A stretch of DNA of 64,000 nucleotides from Candidatus Eiseniibacteriota bacterium (GTDB lineage Bacteria > Eisenbacteria > RBG-16-71-46), in NCBI GenBank assembly GCA_963717935.1, contig CAVQXP010000002.1, forward strand, positions 32,001-96,000, in the 5' to 3' direction. Below the pieces are notes generated by a model. That model was not told the DNA's origin. It was given only the letters and a program-made list of their open reading frames with translations, and did not search any database. Position 1 is the first letter of the stretch, and every line of letters begins with the position of its first letter. Positions 39,385 to 48,851 of the stretch are shown in pieces. The translations under genes and the position numbers were made by a program.

Positions 39385-41364
39385 TCAGGCGGCCCGGACG
39401 TGGTCCCAGACGCGGATGGGCAGGATGACGACCTGCACACCGCGGAACTGCAGCCGGCGCTGGACCGAGAAGGCGGTCTCGTGGTGGAGCGAGCGGGTGA
39501 AGAGGTTCTCCTTCTCGAACACCAGCTGGCCCGCGAACACCACGCAGCGCCGGAACTCCCGGGTGACGTCCAGGCTCATGGTCTCGAGCTCGGAGATGAG
39601 GTCGGTGCCGAGGGTGTAGCGGTACTCGGCGTACACCCCCATGCGCTGCGCCAGCGCCACGTACTTCTCGAGGTCGCCGCGCACCTTGGCCTCGAGCGCC
39701 TCGACGTCCCTCGCCCCCTTGAACTGGCCCGAGTCCACCAGTCCTACGGCGCAGAACACGAAGTTGCGGTAGTAGCGCGGGAACATGCGGATGATCGAGA
39801 GCAGGGTGTGGATGCCGAGGCCGCTGTAGGATTCGACCAGCACGATGGCCGTGGGCCCCGCGTTGGTCAGCTCCGCCGGCGCGCCGTGCTCGGCGAGCGG
39901 GAGGCCGTCGAGGACCTCGTCGAGCGAGCGCAGCATGCGCCGCACGCGGCGGTAGTGGGTGCGCACCAGGTAGCAGAAGCCGATGAGCACGCCCGTGGCG
40001 ATCAGGGTCACCCAGCCGCCCTCGCGGAACTTGATCACGGAGGTCACCACCAGCACCGTCGCGGTCACGAAGGTGCCGGTCATCGCCACGATCATGCGCC
40101 GCCGCCAGTGCCCGCCCTCGCCGCGCACCTGCCACCAGTGGCGCACCATGCCCAGCTGGCTCAGGGTGAAGGTCATGAACACGTTGATGGAGTACATGAC
40201 CACGAGGATCTTGACCTGGCCCAGGGTGTAGACGAGCACCGCCACGGCGGCGAGCCCCATGGCGATGACGCCATTCTGGGTCACGAGCCGCTCGGAGAGG
40301 TGGGCCATGCGCTTCGGGACCCACTCGTCCACCGCCATGGCCGCGAGGGTGCGCGGCCCCGCCGTGAAGCCGGTCTGCGCGGCCACGAAGAGGAGCGCGC
40401 CCTCCGAGAACAGGGTGATGGCCACGATGGCCGGGCCGAGGGCGAAGCCGCCCAGGCGCCAGCCGCCGGTCAGGGTGTCCCAGAGCGTGGCATTGAGGGT
40501 CCGCCCGGGCTCGTGGTGCACGCCGTTCAGCAGGTAGCACAGCAGGATGCCGCCGGCGGTGAACGAGAGCGACGTGGCCATGTAGAGCATGGTGCGCTTG
40601 CCGGTCGCCACGCGGGGCTCGCGCAGGATGTCCGTGCTGTTGCTCACCGCCTCGATGCCGGTGTAGGTGCCGCCGCCCAGCGAGAAGGCGCGCAGGAAGA
40701 CGATCAGCACGCCCAGTCCGCCCAGCTCCGCGACCGCCCGGTGCGTGTCGGTCACGGTGTCGGCCAACAGCGTGGGGAGGGCGCTGGAGTGGCGCAGCAC
40801 GCCGAAGAAGATGAGCGGGATGTGGGTCAGGACGAAGGCCAGGAAGATGGGCGTGAGCACCAGGATCGATTCCTTGACCCCGCGCAGGTTGAGCCCGGTG
40901 AGCATCGTGACGACCACGAGCTCGGTCGGCAGCTTCAGTGGTTGCAGATCCGGTGGCAGGAACGAGAAGATGGCCTCGACCCCCGCGGCGGTCGAGATGG
41001 CGATGGTGAGGATGTAGTCGATGACCAGCGCACCGCCCGAGACGATGCCGGCGGTGGGGCCCAGGAGCTTGGTGCCCACCAGGTAGCCGCCGCCGCCGGT
41101 CGGGAACAACTCGATGATCTGGCTGTAGGAGGCGGAGATCAGGAAGACGGTGACCACCGTCGCCACCATCAGGTACAGGGCGAGATGGGCATGTCCGCCG
41201 AGGTTGAGGAACGCCTCCTCGGGGCCGTACGAGGAGGACGAGAGTCCGTCGGCACCCAGCCCGATCCAGGCCAGCATGGCCACCAGGGCGAGGTTGTGAT
41301 GGATGCGTGGATCGAGGAGGTTCTTGGGACCGCCGAGCAGGAGGTCCTTCATGCGCGCGAACAC
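39385..41364 (-). CDS. APC-superfamily transporter, KimA-like (paralog 2)
   Basis: GADGLSSSSYGPEE, GGGGY, DYILT, TGIEAVSN; GTG start matches that of the paralog. Confidence 0.85.
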   Translation of the reverse strand: MFARMKDLLLGGPKNLLDPRIHHNLALVAMLAWIGLGADGLSSSSYGPEEAFLNLGGHAHLALYLMVATVVTVFLISASYSQIIELFPTGGGGYLVGTKLLGPTAGIVSGGALVIDYILTIAISTAAGVEAIFSFLPPDLQPLKLPTELVVVTMLTGLNLRGVKESILVLTPIFLAFVLTHIPLIFFGVLRHSSALPTLLADTVTDTHRAVAELGGLGVLIVFLRAFSLGGGTYTGIEAVSNSTDILREPRVATGKRTMLYMATSLSFTAGGILLCYLLNGVHHEPGRTLNATLWDTLTGGWRLGGFALGPAIVAITLFSEGALLFVAAQTGFTAGPRTLAAMAVDEWVPKRMAHLSERLVTQNGVIAMGLAAVAVLVYTLGQVKILVVMYSINVFMTFTLSQLGMVRHWWQVRGEGGHWRRRMIVAMTGTFVTATVLVVTSVIKFREGGWVTLIATGVLIGFCYLVRTHYRRVRRMLRSLDEVLDGLPLAEHGAPAELTNAGPTAIVLVESYSGLGIHTLLSIIRMFPRYYRNFVFCAVGLVDSGQFKGARDVEALEAKVRGDLEKYVALAQRMGVYAEYRYTLGTDLISELETMSLDVTREFRRCVVFAGQLVFEKENLFTRSLHHETAFSVQRRLQFRGVQVVILPIRVWDHVRAA

Positions 41365-41370
41365 GGCGGG

Positions 41371-41399
41371 ACCATAGGGATTCGACCGGCCCGAATCAA
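41371..41399 (-). promoter_or_regulatory. Sigma70-type promoter, probably leaderless
   Basis: TTGATT-17 nt-TATGGT-CCCGCC-GTG. Confidence 0.7.
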
Positions 41400-41416
41400 G
41401 GGGGAGCCGTAAGGGC

Positions 41417-42127
41417 ATGAACCTGCTCGATCGCCGCGGCGCGTTCCGCCCCCTCGACGACGTGGCCCGCGCGGTGATGGCGTGCGAGCGGTGTCCGCGG
41501 CTGCGGGCGCATTGCCGCCAGGTGGCCGAGGTGCGCAAGCGCGAGTTCCGCGACCAGCCCTACTGGGGCCGGCCGGTACCGGGCTTCGGCGACCGCCGGG
41601 CGCGGCTGCTCATCGTGGGCCTGGCGCCGGCGGCGCACGGCGCCAACCGGACCGGGCGCATGTTCACGGGCGACTCGAGCGGCGACTGGCTCCACGAGGC
41701 GCTCCACCGCGCGGGTTTCGCGAGCCAGCCGCACTCGGTGAGCCGGGACGACGGCCTGCGCCTCACGGACGTCTGGGTCACCGCCGCGGCGCGTTGCGCC
41801 CCGCCCGGGAACCGGCCCACGCGCGAGGAGCTCGCCCGCTGCCGCCCCTTCCTCGAGGCGGAGATCGCCAGACTGGCGCGCGTGCGCGTCGTGCTCTCGC
41901 TGGGTGGCGTTGCTCACGAGGCGTGGCTGCGGGCCTCCGGCTGGTGGGAGCGGCTGCCGGCCCGCCAGCGGCCGCGCTTCGCCCACGGGGCCGAGACCGC
42001 CCTGCCGGACGGGCGCGTCCTCGTGGCCTCGTACCACCCGAGCCGCCAGAACACGAACACGCGCCGCCTCACGCGGAAGATGTGGCACGCGGTCTTCCGC
42101 CGCGCGCGCCGGCTCCTCGACGAGTGA
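41417..42127 (+). CDS. udgB: Uracil-DNA glycosylase family 5 (Fe-S)
   Basis: CERCPRL, YWGRPVPGFGD, GLAPAAHGANRTGRMFTGD, RCAPP.N.P, SYHPS.QNT. Confidence 0.9.
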   Translation: MNLLDRRGAFRPLDDVARAVMACERCPRLRAHCRQVAEVRKREFRDQPYWGRPVPGFGDRRARLLIVGLAPAAHGANRTGRMFTGDSSGDWLHEALHRAGFASQPHSVSRDDGLRLTDVWVTAAARCAPPGNRPTREELARCRPFLEAEIARLARVRVVLSLGGVAHEAWLRASGWWERLPARQRPRFAHGAETALPDGRVLVASYHPSRQNTNTRRLTRKMWHAVFRRARRLLDE

Positions 42128-42153
42128 CCCGTCCGCGGCGCGCGCGTTCCCTC

Positions 42154-42182
42154 TTGACAGCGGCTGCGGCGCGGGGCAGTGT
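42154..42182 (+). promoter_or_regulatory. Putative sigma70 promoter for the riboswitch leader
   Basis: TTGACA-17 nt-CAGTGT, about 11 nt upstream of the riboswitch. Confidence 0.5.
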
Positions 42183-42193
42183 GCGGCTGCAGT

Positions 42194-42352
42194 CTTCCGG
42201 GTGCCGCAGCGCGCGGCTAAGAGGGAAGGGGGGTGAGAAGCCCCCACGGTCCCGCCACTGTGATGGGCACATCGGGTCTCGGATGCCACTGGCCTGCGGG
42301 CTGGGAAGGCGAGACCCTGCAGCGGCCCTGAGTCAGGAAACCTGCCCGGAAG
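42194..42352 (+). ncRNA. Cobalamin (B12) riboswitch
   Basis: GGTGC...AAGAGGGAA.GGGGTGAGAAGCCCC.ACGGTCCCGCCACTGTGA...GCCACTG...GGGAAGG...AGTCAGGAAACCTGCC. Flanking CTTCCGG/CCGGAAG pair; lies upstream of a TonB receptor. Confidence 0.92.
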
Positions 42353-42516
42353 CGACGGCCCGCATCTCCTGGCGCGCCAGCCGTGCGTCGGAAGAGGGCG
42401 GGTGCAGCCCGTGATGCTTCGCTGGAGAGCATCCGCGGGGAACGGCGTCCGCGTGGCCCCGTTTCCGGTGGAGTCCTCCCGGGGCGGGGCTGTTCGATTG
42501 GGGCGCGCGTGACGCC

Positions 42517-44631
42517 GTGATCGTCCAGGGCCTGGCAGTCCTCTTCCTGCTCGTCGGGAGCGATTCGCTCCCCGCACGCGCAGCCCCCGCCCGTGCCCGT
42601 CCGGCGCGCGCGTACGCGGCCGTGTCCGGCCCCGCACGGCGGGCGGGCCTCTCGGACACCGTCACCGTGCTCCCCGAGGTGCGGGTCGAGCGCGAACGCG
42701 TGCTCTCGGATGCGCGCCGGCTCCTGCCCACGGCATTCGTCACCGACCTGCGCTCCGACGCCTCGATCCGGGCGCTGGAGAGCGTCTCGGAACTGCTCTC
42801 CCAGGCCGTGGGGGTGCACGTCGCCCGCTACGGCGGTCTCGGCTCCTTCAGCACCGTCTCGCTGCGCGGCGCCGCGCCGGGGCAGGTCTCGATCTTCCTC
42901 GACGGCGTGCCGCTCACCTCCGCGGCCCACGGTGTGGTGAGCCTGGGCGACCTGCCTGCGACCGCCATCGAGCGGGTCGAGATCTTCCGCGGACTCGGGC
43001 CCCTGAGCCTGGGCGTGGCGTCTCCGGGCGGGGCCATCAACCTGGTCACGGTCTCCTCGCCGGGACTGCGAGAGCTGCACGTGAGCCGCGGCTCCTTCTC
43101 CACCTGGGAGGGCCGCGGGACCGCCGGGTTCGAGCGCGGCCCGCTCGGCCTGCTGCTGCACGCGGGCCACCAGGGCTCGGCCGGCGACTACCGCTACCGG
43201 GACGACAACGCCACGGACTACAACGCCGACGACGACAGCACCAAGACCCGGCTGAACAACCGCTTCGACGCCTGGAACGCGCTCGGGAGCCTCACCTGGC
43301 AACCGCGCCGCGACCTCTGCCTGCGCGCGCGCGAGGAGCTCTTCCACAAGGCCCAGGGCCTGCCCGGGCTCGGCGCCGACCCGGCGCTCTCGCCCCGGCT
43401 GACCTTCCTGCGCGCCCTGAGCCTCCTCGAGGTGGCTCACGAGGGCGCAGGGCTCGCCCCGCGCGCCACCCTGCGGCTCTCCGCGGACCGCGAGCGTTCG
43501 CGCTTCCGCGACACGCGGCTCGCCGACCGGGGCGAGCTGGGAACGGGCCGGCACGACACCGACGAACGCTCCGGGGCCGAGCGGCTCGCGCTCTCGTTCG
43601 CGTGGGCGCGACCGGCCCCGTGGCTCGCGCTCGAGTGCGCCGGCTCGCTGGGACGCGAGCGCGCCGAATCGCGCGATGCCGCCGACGGGCTGCCCGACCC
43701 GCCGCAGAGCCGCCGCCTCGCCCGCGGCGCCATGATGGGTCTCCAGCTGCGCACGCCGGACGGGCGGCTCGTGCTGCACGCCGCGCGGCGCTGGGACCGG
43801 ATCGAGGATCACCTGCGCTCGCTCACTCTGGGGGGGGAGCTTTCGAGCACCGACGTCGCGCGCGTCCTCGACTCTCCGCAGCTCGGGGCCCGGCTCGGCC
43901 TGGGGCACGGGCTCGAGGTCCGGGCCAACTGGGCCCGGGCGAGCCGCGCCCCCGGGTTCGTCGAGCTGTTCGGCGACCAGGGCAGCGTGGCGGGGAACCC
44001 CGCGCTGCGCCCCGAGAGCGCCGAGAACCGGGACGCCGGCGTTGCCTGGCGCGGCCGGCTCGGGGGGGGCGAGGGCGCCTTCGAGTGGGCGCGCTTCCGC
44101 TCCGACGCGCGCGACCTCGTGGTCTTCGTGAAGAATTCGGCGAGCAGCGTGAAGGCCCAGAACTTCAGCCGCGCCCGCATCCGCGGCGAGGAGTGGAGCG
44201 CGCGGCTCGAATTGCCCTGGCGGTTGTTCCTCACGGCGGCGTGGTCCTGGCAGTCGGCGCTCAACGAAGGCCCGCTGCCCGCGTTCTGGGTGGGCAAGCG
44301 CCTGCCCGGTCGCCCGTCGCGCCAGAGCCGGGCCCGGCTCGAGTGGCGCGCGCAGGGCCGCCCGGGCCTGCGCGCGGGCGCCGAGCTGGAGGTGATCGGC
44401 GACAACGTGCTCGATCCCTACAACCTTCAGTGCGTGGCCGAGCGGCGGCTGGCCGGCGCCTCGCTCTCGATCGCGCCGTTCCCGGCCGCCCTGCGCCTGA
44501 CCCTCGAAGCGAAGAACCTCCTCGACGACCGCGCCGTGGACGTGGGCGGCTTCCCGCTGCCCGGGCGGAGCGTCTTCCTCGGCTGCACCTGGCGGCTTGC
44601 CGCGGGTGCGGGCCCCCGCACGGAGCCATGA
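42517..44631 (+). CDS. btuB: TonB-dependent receptor, probable cobalamin transporter (BtuB-like)
   Basis: Plug motifs SLRG...IFLDGVPL...IERVEIFRG...GGAINL; GNPALRPE; C-terminal KNLLD...PLPGRSVFLG; under a B12 riboswitch. Confidence 0.8.
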   Translation: MIVQGLAVLFLLVGSDSLPARAAPARARPARAYAAVSGPARRAGLSDTVTVLPEVRVERERVLSDARRLLPTAFVTDLRSDASIRALESVSELLSQAVGVHVARYGGLGSFSTVSLRGAAPGQVSIFLDGVPLTSAAHGVVSLGDLPATAIERVEIFRGLGPLSLGVASPGGAINLVTVSSPGLRELHVSRGSFSTWEGRGTAGFERGPLGLLLHAGHQGSAGDYRYRDDNATDYNADDDSTKTRLNNRFDAWNALGSLTWQPRRDLCLRAREELFHKAQGLPGLGADPALSPRLTFLRALSLLEVAHEGAGLAPRATLRLSADRERSRFRDTRLADRGELGTGRHDTDERSGAERLALSFAWARPAPWLALECAGSLGRERAESRDAADGLPDPPQSRRLARGAMMGLQLRTPDGRLVLHAARRWDRIEDHLRSLTLGGELSSTDVARVLDSPQLGARLGLGHGLEVRANWARASRAPGFVELFGDQGSVAGNPALRPESAENRDAGVAWRGRLGGGEGAFEWARFRSDARDLVVFVKNSASSVKAQNFSRARIRGEEWSARLELPWRLFLTAAWSWQSALNEGPLPAFWVGKRLPGRPSRQSRARLEWRAQGRPGLRAGAELEVIGDNVLDPYNLQCVAERRLAGASLSIAPFPAALRLTLEAKNLLDDRAVDVGGFPLPGRSVFLGCTWRLAAGAGPRTEP

Positions 44632-46064
44632 ACATGTCCCGGTCCCTGCTGCTGACTCTCGTCCTGCTCCCCGCGCTGCTCGCCCCGGGGCCACCGGCCC
44701 ACGCGCTGGCGACGAAGGGCTACGTCCTGACCACGGACTACACCAGCGGCACGCTGAGCGTCGTGGACCTCGCCACCCGCGCGGTCACCCGCGACGTGGC
44801 GGTGGTGTCGGGCGACCCGTTCGAACGCTGGTACCAGGGACTGCTCTACGTGGTGAACCGGTACGGCTACGACAACATCCAGGTCATCGACCCGGCGCAG
44901 GGCTACGCCACCGTGCGCCAGTTCTCCGTGGGCAACGGCACGAACCCGCAGGACATCGCCTTCGCCTCGCCCTCGAAGGCCTACGTCTCCCGGCTCGGTT
45001 CCCCGGACCTGCTGATCGTGGACCCGTCCACGGGGGCCACCCTCGGCGTCATCCCGCTCGCCGCGTGGGCCGACGCGGACGGCATCCCCGAGGCCGCGCA
45101 CCTGGCCGTGGTGGGGGACCTGCTCTTCGTCGCGCTCGGACGGCTCACGAACTTCGTCCCGGCCGACACGGGGCTGGTCGTGGTGGTGGACATGCGGGCG
45201 GACACCGTCTACGACGCCGACCCGCTGACGCCCGGCACGCAGGTCGTGAGGCTGCGGGGCCTGAACCCGGGCACCGACTTCGCCGTGCTCCCGGCCGCGG
45301 AGCCACAGCAGGACTCGCACCTGTACATCGGTTGCTCGGGACGCTGGGGCGCGCTCGACGGCGGCGTCGAGGACATCGTGGTCCCGGCGCGGGACGGACC
45401 GCCCGGCGCCATCCACAGCGCTGGATTCGCGATCACCGAGGCCGCGCTCGGCGGGGACGTGCTGGGCGTGATCGCGGACGGTGGCGGGCACCCCTACGCG
45501 ATCGTGAACGACGCCGCCTTCAACACCAGCCTGGTCTCCTGGGATCCGGCGACCGGGGGCCTGCTCGCCACGCTTTACGCGCCGGGCGGGTACAGCCTCT
45601 CGGGCGCGGCCCTCACCGGGCGGGGCGAACTCTACGTCTGCAACAGCAGCTTCGCCGCCCCGGGGCTCTTCGTGTACGAGGCCGGCAGCGACACCTGCCT
45701 TGCCGGACCGCTCGCGACCGGTCTGCCGCCGGTCCAGATCGTCTTCGGCCAGGACAGCGCCGCTGCGCTCCCGGTGGCGCCCGGCGGGCCCGCGGTCGCG
45801 CTCGGGTGGCCCGCACCCAACCCGGCACGGGCCTCGGCCAGCCTGGAACTCACGCTGGTGGAGCCGGATGCGGCCCGGGTCGAGGTCTTCGACCTTGCCG
45901 GCCGGCGGGTGCGCTCCCTGGCGCACGGCCCTTTCGCCGCGGGCACGACGCTCCTGGGATGGGACCTCGCAGACGGGAGCGGGCACCGGGTGGCTGCCGG
46001 TGTCTATCTCGTGCGGGTGGCGACGGCACGGGCGACCGTCACCCGGCGGCTCGTGGTCCTGTAA
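44628..46064 (+). CDS. Secreted YncE/BtuG-like beta-propeller protein with a C-terminal FlgD/CTD-like domain
   Basis: ATGA overlap with btuB; signal peptide ending AHA. Blade repeats LYVVNR...IQVID, NPQDIAF...KAYVS, LLFVAL, LYIGC, LYVCN; PNP...WD...GVYLVR tail. Confidence 0.8.
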   Translation: MNMSRSLLLTLVLLPALLAPGPPAHALATKGYVLTTDYTSGTLSVVDLATRAVTRDVAVVSGDPFERWYQGLLYVVNRYGYDNIQVIDPAQGYATVRQFSVGNGTNPQDIAFASPSKAYVSRLGSPDLLIVDPSTGATLGVIPLAAWADADGIPEAAHLAVVGDLLFVALGRLTNFVPADTGLVVVVDMRADTVYDADPLTPGTQVVRLRGLNPGTDFAVLPAAEPQQDSHLYIGCSGRWGALDGGVEDIVVPARDGPPGAIHSAGFAITEAALGGDVLGVIADGGGHPYAIVNDAAFNTSLVSWDPATGGLLATLYAPGGYSLSGAALTGRGELYVCNSSFAAPGLFVYEAGSDTCLAGPLATGLPPVQIVFGQDSAAALPVAPGGPAVALGWPAPNPARASASLELTLVEPDAARVEVFDLAGRRVRSLAHGPFAAGTTLLGWDLADGSGHRVAAGVYLVRVATARATVTRRLVVL

Positions 46065-46316
46065 CGACTCCCGACGCGAGCGCGCCGCAGGAGGCGCGAC
46101 AGCGCGACAGACTGGCTCGGGCCCCGCGCACCTGTCCCAAGGCGAGCGCCGCGGAGTCTGGCCCGCCTCGCGCGCTCGAGTGCGCTTGGGGTCATGACGG
46201 CGCGTGGCGCCGTCAGGGCCGCGGGTCACCGAGTGTCGGCCACCATGACGATCTTCGCCCGGGCAACCTCCGGGTGCACATTCCTCTGGAACTCCACCCC
46301 CCGAATGGGTTATCAA

Positions 46317-46332
46317 TGGCACCAGCTTTGCT
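46317..46332 (+). promoter_or_regulatory. Sigma54 -24/-12 promoter
   Basis: TGGCACCAGCTTTGCT is a near-consensus TGGCAC-N5-TTGC(A/T) in a 430-bp intergenic region. Confidence 0.7.
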
Positions 46333-46494
46333 GTGTCGGGCCACGGAACAGTCTCTCTGCGTTCCGGACCTGCGGGCTGTAACGGAAACCGACGATCGAG
46401 GTCAGCGCGCTCCGACCGGGAGGCGCCTCACCCGACGCGATCCTCGGCCTCCGAGTAGGGCATTCCGGACCGCTTCGAGAGAGATCCGGACCCC

Positions 46495-47205
46495 ATGGCC
46501 GCGGGGCACGGCTGCCTCGCTGACTTCCAAGGAATGGAGATCTTGTTGTCCCTGCACCGCATCCTGGTCATCCTCGCCGCAGTCACAACCCTGAGTTCCG
46601 CGTGGGCCACCTCATCGAGGGCCGGCTCCGTGATGCTCACCTGGATCGCCCCCGGCGAAGACAGCCTCATGGGGCGCGCGGCCCGTTACGACCTGCGCTA
46701 CTCGGTGCGGATGATCACGTCCGAGAACTTCCTGCAGGCGACCGCGGCTGCGAACATGCCTCTGCCCGCGTCCCCCGGCACCAGGCAGTCCTATGTCTTC
46801 GACGGGCTCCCGTCGGGCGTGACCTGCTACTTCGCTATCAAGACCGCGGATCAGGGCGGCAACTGGTCGGCGATGTCGAACGTGATCGCGCGGCTGCCAC
46901 AGGACCTGAGCGCCCTGCCTGCCGCGCCGGGGCTGGCGTTCTCGGTCCCCCGGCCCAACCCGGCTCGCGACCTGTCGCGCTTCGAATGCGTCCTGCCCGC
47001 GGCCGCGCAGGTGAGGGTCGAGGTATTCGACCTCGTCGGCCGTCGCGTGCGCCTGCTGGCGGACGAACCCTGCGCCGCGGGGCTGCGGGAGCTGGTCTTC
47101 GACCTCCGGGATGACCGTGGCCTGCGGCTCGCCGCGGGCGTCTATCTGGTCCGGGCGCAGTTCGGGGGCACGGCCTTCCTGCGCAGGCTCGTGATCGTCC
47201 GTTGA
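46495..47205 (+). CDS. Small secreted fibronectin-III + FlgD/CTD-like protein (start may be 46534-46546)
   Basis: Signal peptide. LTWIAPGED...YDLRYS...GL..GVTCYFAIKTAD..GNWS.MSN; PNP...DLVGRRV...GVYLVR. Confidence 0.8.
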   Translation: MAAGHGCLADFQGMEILLSLHRILVILAAVTTLSSAWATSSRAGSVMLTWIAPGEDSLMGRAARYDLRYSVRMITSENFLQATAAANMPLPASPGTRQSYVFDGLPSGVTCYFAIKTADQGGNWSAMSNVIARLPQDLSALPAAPGLAFSVPRPNPARDLSRFECVLPAAAQVRVEVFDLVGRRVRLLADEPCAAGLRELVFDLRDDRGLRLAAGVYLVRAQFGGTAFLRRLVIVR

Positions 47206-47277
47206 CGGAGCCCGTTGCGACGGGCGGGAGCGGCCGGATAAAATAGCGGAACCCCACGCCAGTCCAGGGAGGCCGTC

Positions 47278-48767
47278 ATGCTCGGGCAGCGACCACCGCG
47301 TTCCGCTTCGCTCCTTGCCTCACTCGTGCTCTTCCTGCTGCTGGGAGCCGGTCCGGCCCGGCCCGCGCCCCCCGCCTCGCCAGACTCCGCGAGCGTCACA
47401 TCGGCTCCGCGTCCGCGCTCGACGGGCGGCCGACCGCTGCGTCCGACAGTGCCCGCCGTGCCTACCGTCGCTGGCTGTGGCAGTTGCGTGCCCGCGCGCT
47501 GGCGGACAGCCTGGCGCGCCGCGCCGACAGCCTGGCGCCGGCGGACAGCCTGGCCCGGGCGGCGGCGGTGCCCCCGCCCCGCGACTACGTGGCCGAGGTG
47601 CGCGCCAACTTCACGCCCGAGAACCGCGCCTACTCCACCACGCGCGCCGCACTCGGCTTCATCGAGCCCCTCTACGGGATCCTCCTGGGGCTCTTCTTCC
47701 TCTTCTCGGGGCTCTCCGCCTGGATGCGGGACGTGGCGCGGCGCCTGAGCCGCCGCTCCTACTTGCAGGTGCTCGTCTACGTCGCCCTCTATTTCGCGCT
47801 GGGCTTCGTGCTCAGCTTCCCGCTCACCTTCTACCAGGGGTACGCCCTCGAGCACCACTACGGGCTCTCGACCGAGAGCTTCGGCCCCTGGCTGCTCGAC
47901 CAGTTCAAGGACGTCCTCGTCACCGTGGCCTTCCTCGGGATCGTGCCGCTCGTCCAGCTGGCCTACGTGCCCATCCGGCGCTTCCCGCGGCACTGGTGGC
48001 TGGCACTGGGACTGGGCACGCTGCCCGTCATCCTGGCCGGGGCCTTCCTCCAGCCCCTGGTCGTGGACCCGCTCTTCAACCGTTTCACGCCGCTCCAGGA
48101 CAAGCAGCTCGAATCACGGATCCTCGAGGTGGCGGATCGGGCCGGCATCCCCGCGCGGCGAGTCCTGCAGGCGGACAGGAGCCGCCAGACCCGCAAGTAC
48201 AACGCCTACGTGAGCGGCTTCGGCCCGTCGCAGCGCATCGTTCTCTGGGACACGACGCTCGAGGGCATGACGGCCGACGAGATCCTCTTCGTGGTCGGCC
48301 ACGAGGCCGCCCACTACCGGCTGCACCACATGTGGTGGGGGATCCTGTTCATGACCGGCCTGAGCTTCCTGCTCTTCGGGCTCAGCGCCGGCTTCATGCG
48401 CCGATCCACGGCACGCTGGGGCAGACGCTGGGGCTTCACCGAGCTGCACGACATCGCCTCCCTGCCGCTCTTCGTCGTGGCGCTGACGCTGTTCTCGTTC
48501 CTCGCCCAGCCCGGCGTGAACGCCTTCTCGCGGTGGCTCGAGCGCGACTCCGACACGTTCGGTCTCGAGCTCACGCACGCGAACGACGCGGCTGCGCGCG
48601 CCTTCATGAAGCTCGGCTCGCAGAACCGCTCGGACCCCGAGCCGGCGCCGTTCGTGGAGTTCTTCGAGTACAGCCATCCGCCGTTGCTGGAGCGGGTGCG
48701 GTACGCGCTCACGTACCGGCCCTGGGAGGAAGGCAAGCCGAACCGGCTCTACAAGCCGAAGAGCTGA
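47278..48767 (+). CDS. M48 (Ste24/HtpX-like) membrane metallopeptidase; 1-bp frameshift near 47370-47400 (pseudogene or sequencing error)
   Basis: GGAGG-ATG and a signal peptide at 47278 are in one frame. The body is in another frame, with PLFNRFTPL, NAYVSG, HEAAH, ERDSD and SHPP...R. Confidence 0.8.
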
Positions 48768-48785
48768 CCCGCCCGGCCCAGGCCC

Positions 48786-48811
48786 GACGGCCACCCGATG
48801 GGGTGGCCGTC
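48786..48811. terminator. Hairpin between the convergent M48 and M14 genes
   Basis: GACGGCCACCC-GATG-GGGTGGCCGTC. Confidence 0.5.
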
Positions 48812-48851
48812 AGGGGAACCGACGTTTGCCTTGACCCGGGGGCGCTCCCGG

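Noticed and set aside
46335..46494. Possible riboswitch (e.g. c-di-GMP) in the leader of the FN3 gene
   Set aside because: Hairpins are possible but no recognisable conserved aptamer motifs were found; an Infernal scan is needed.
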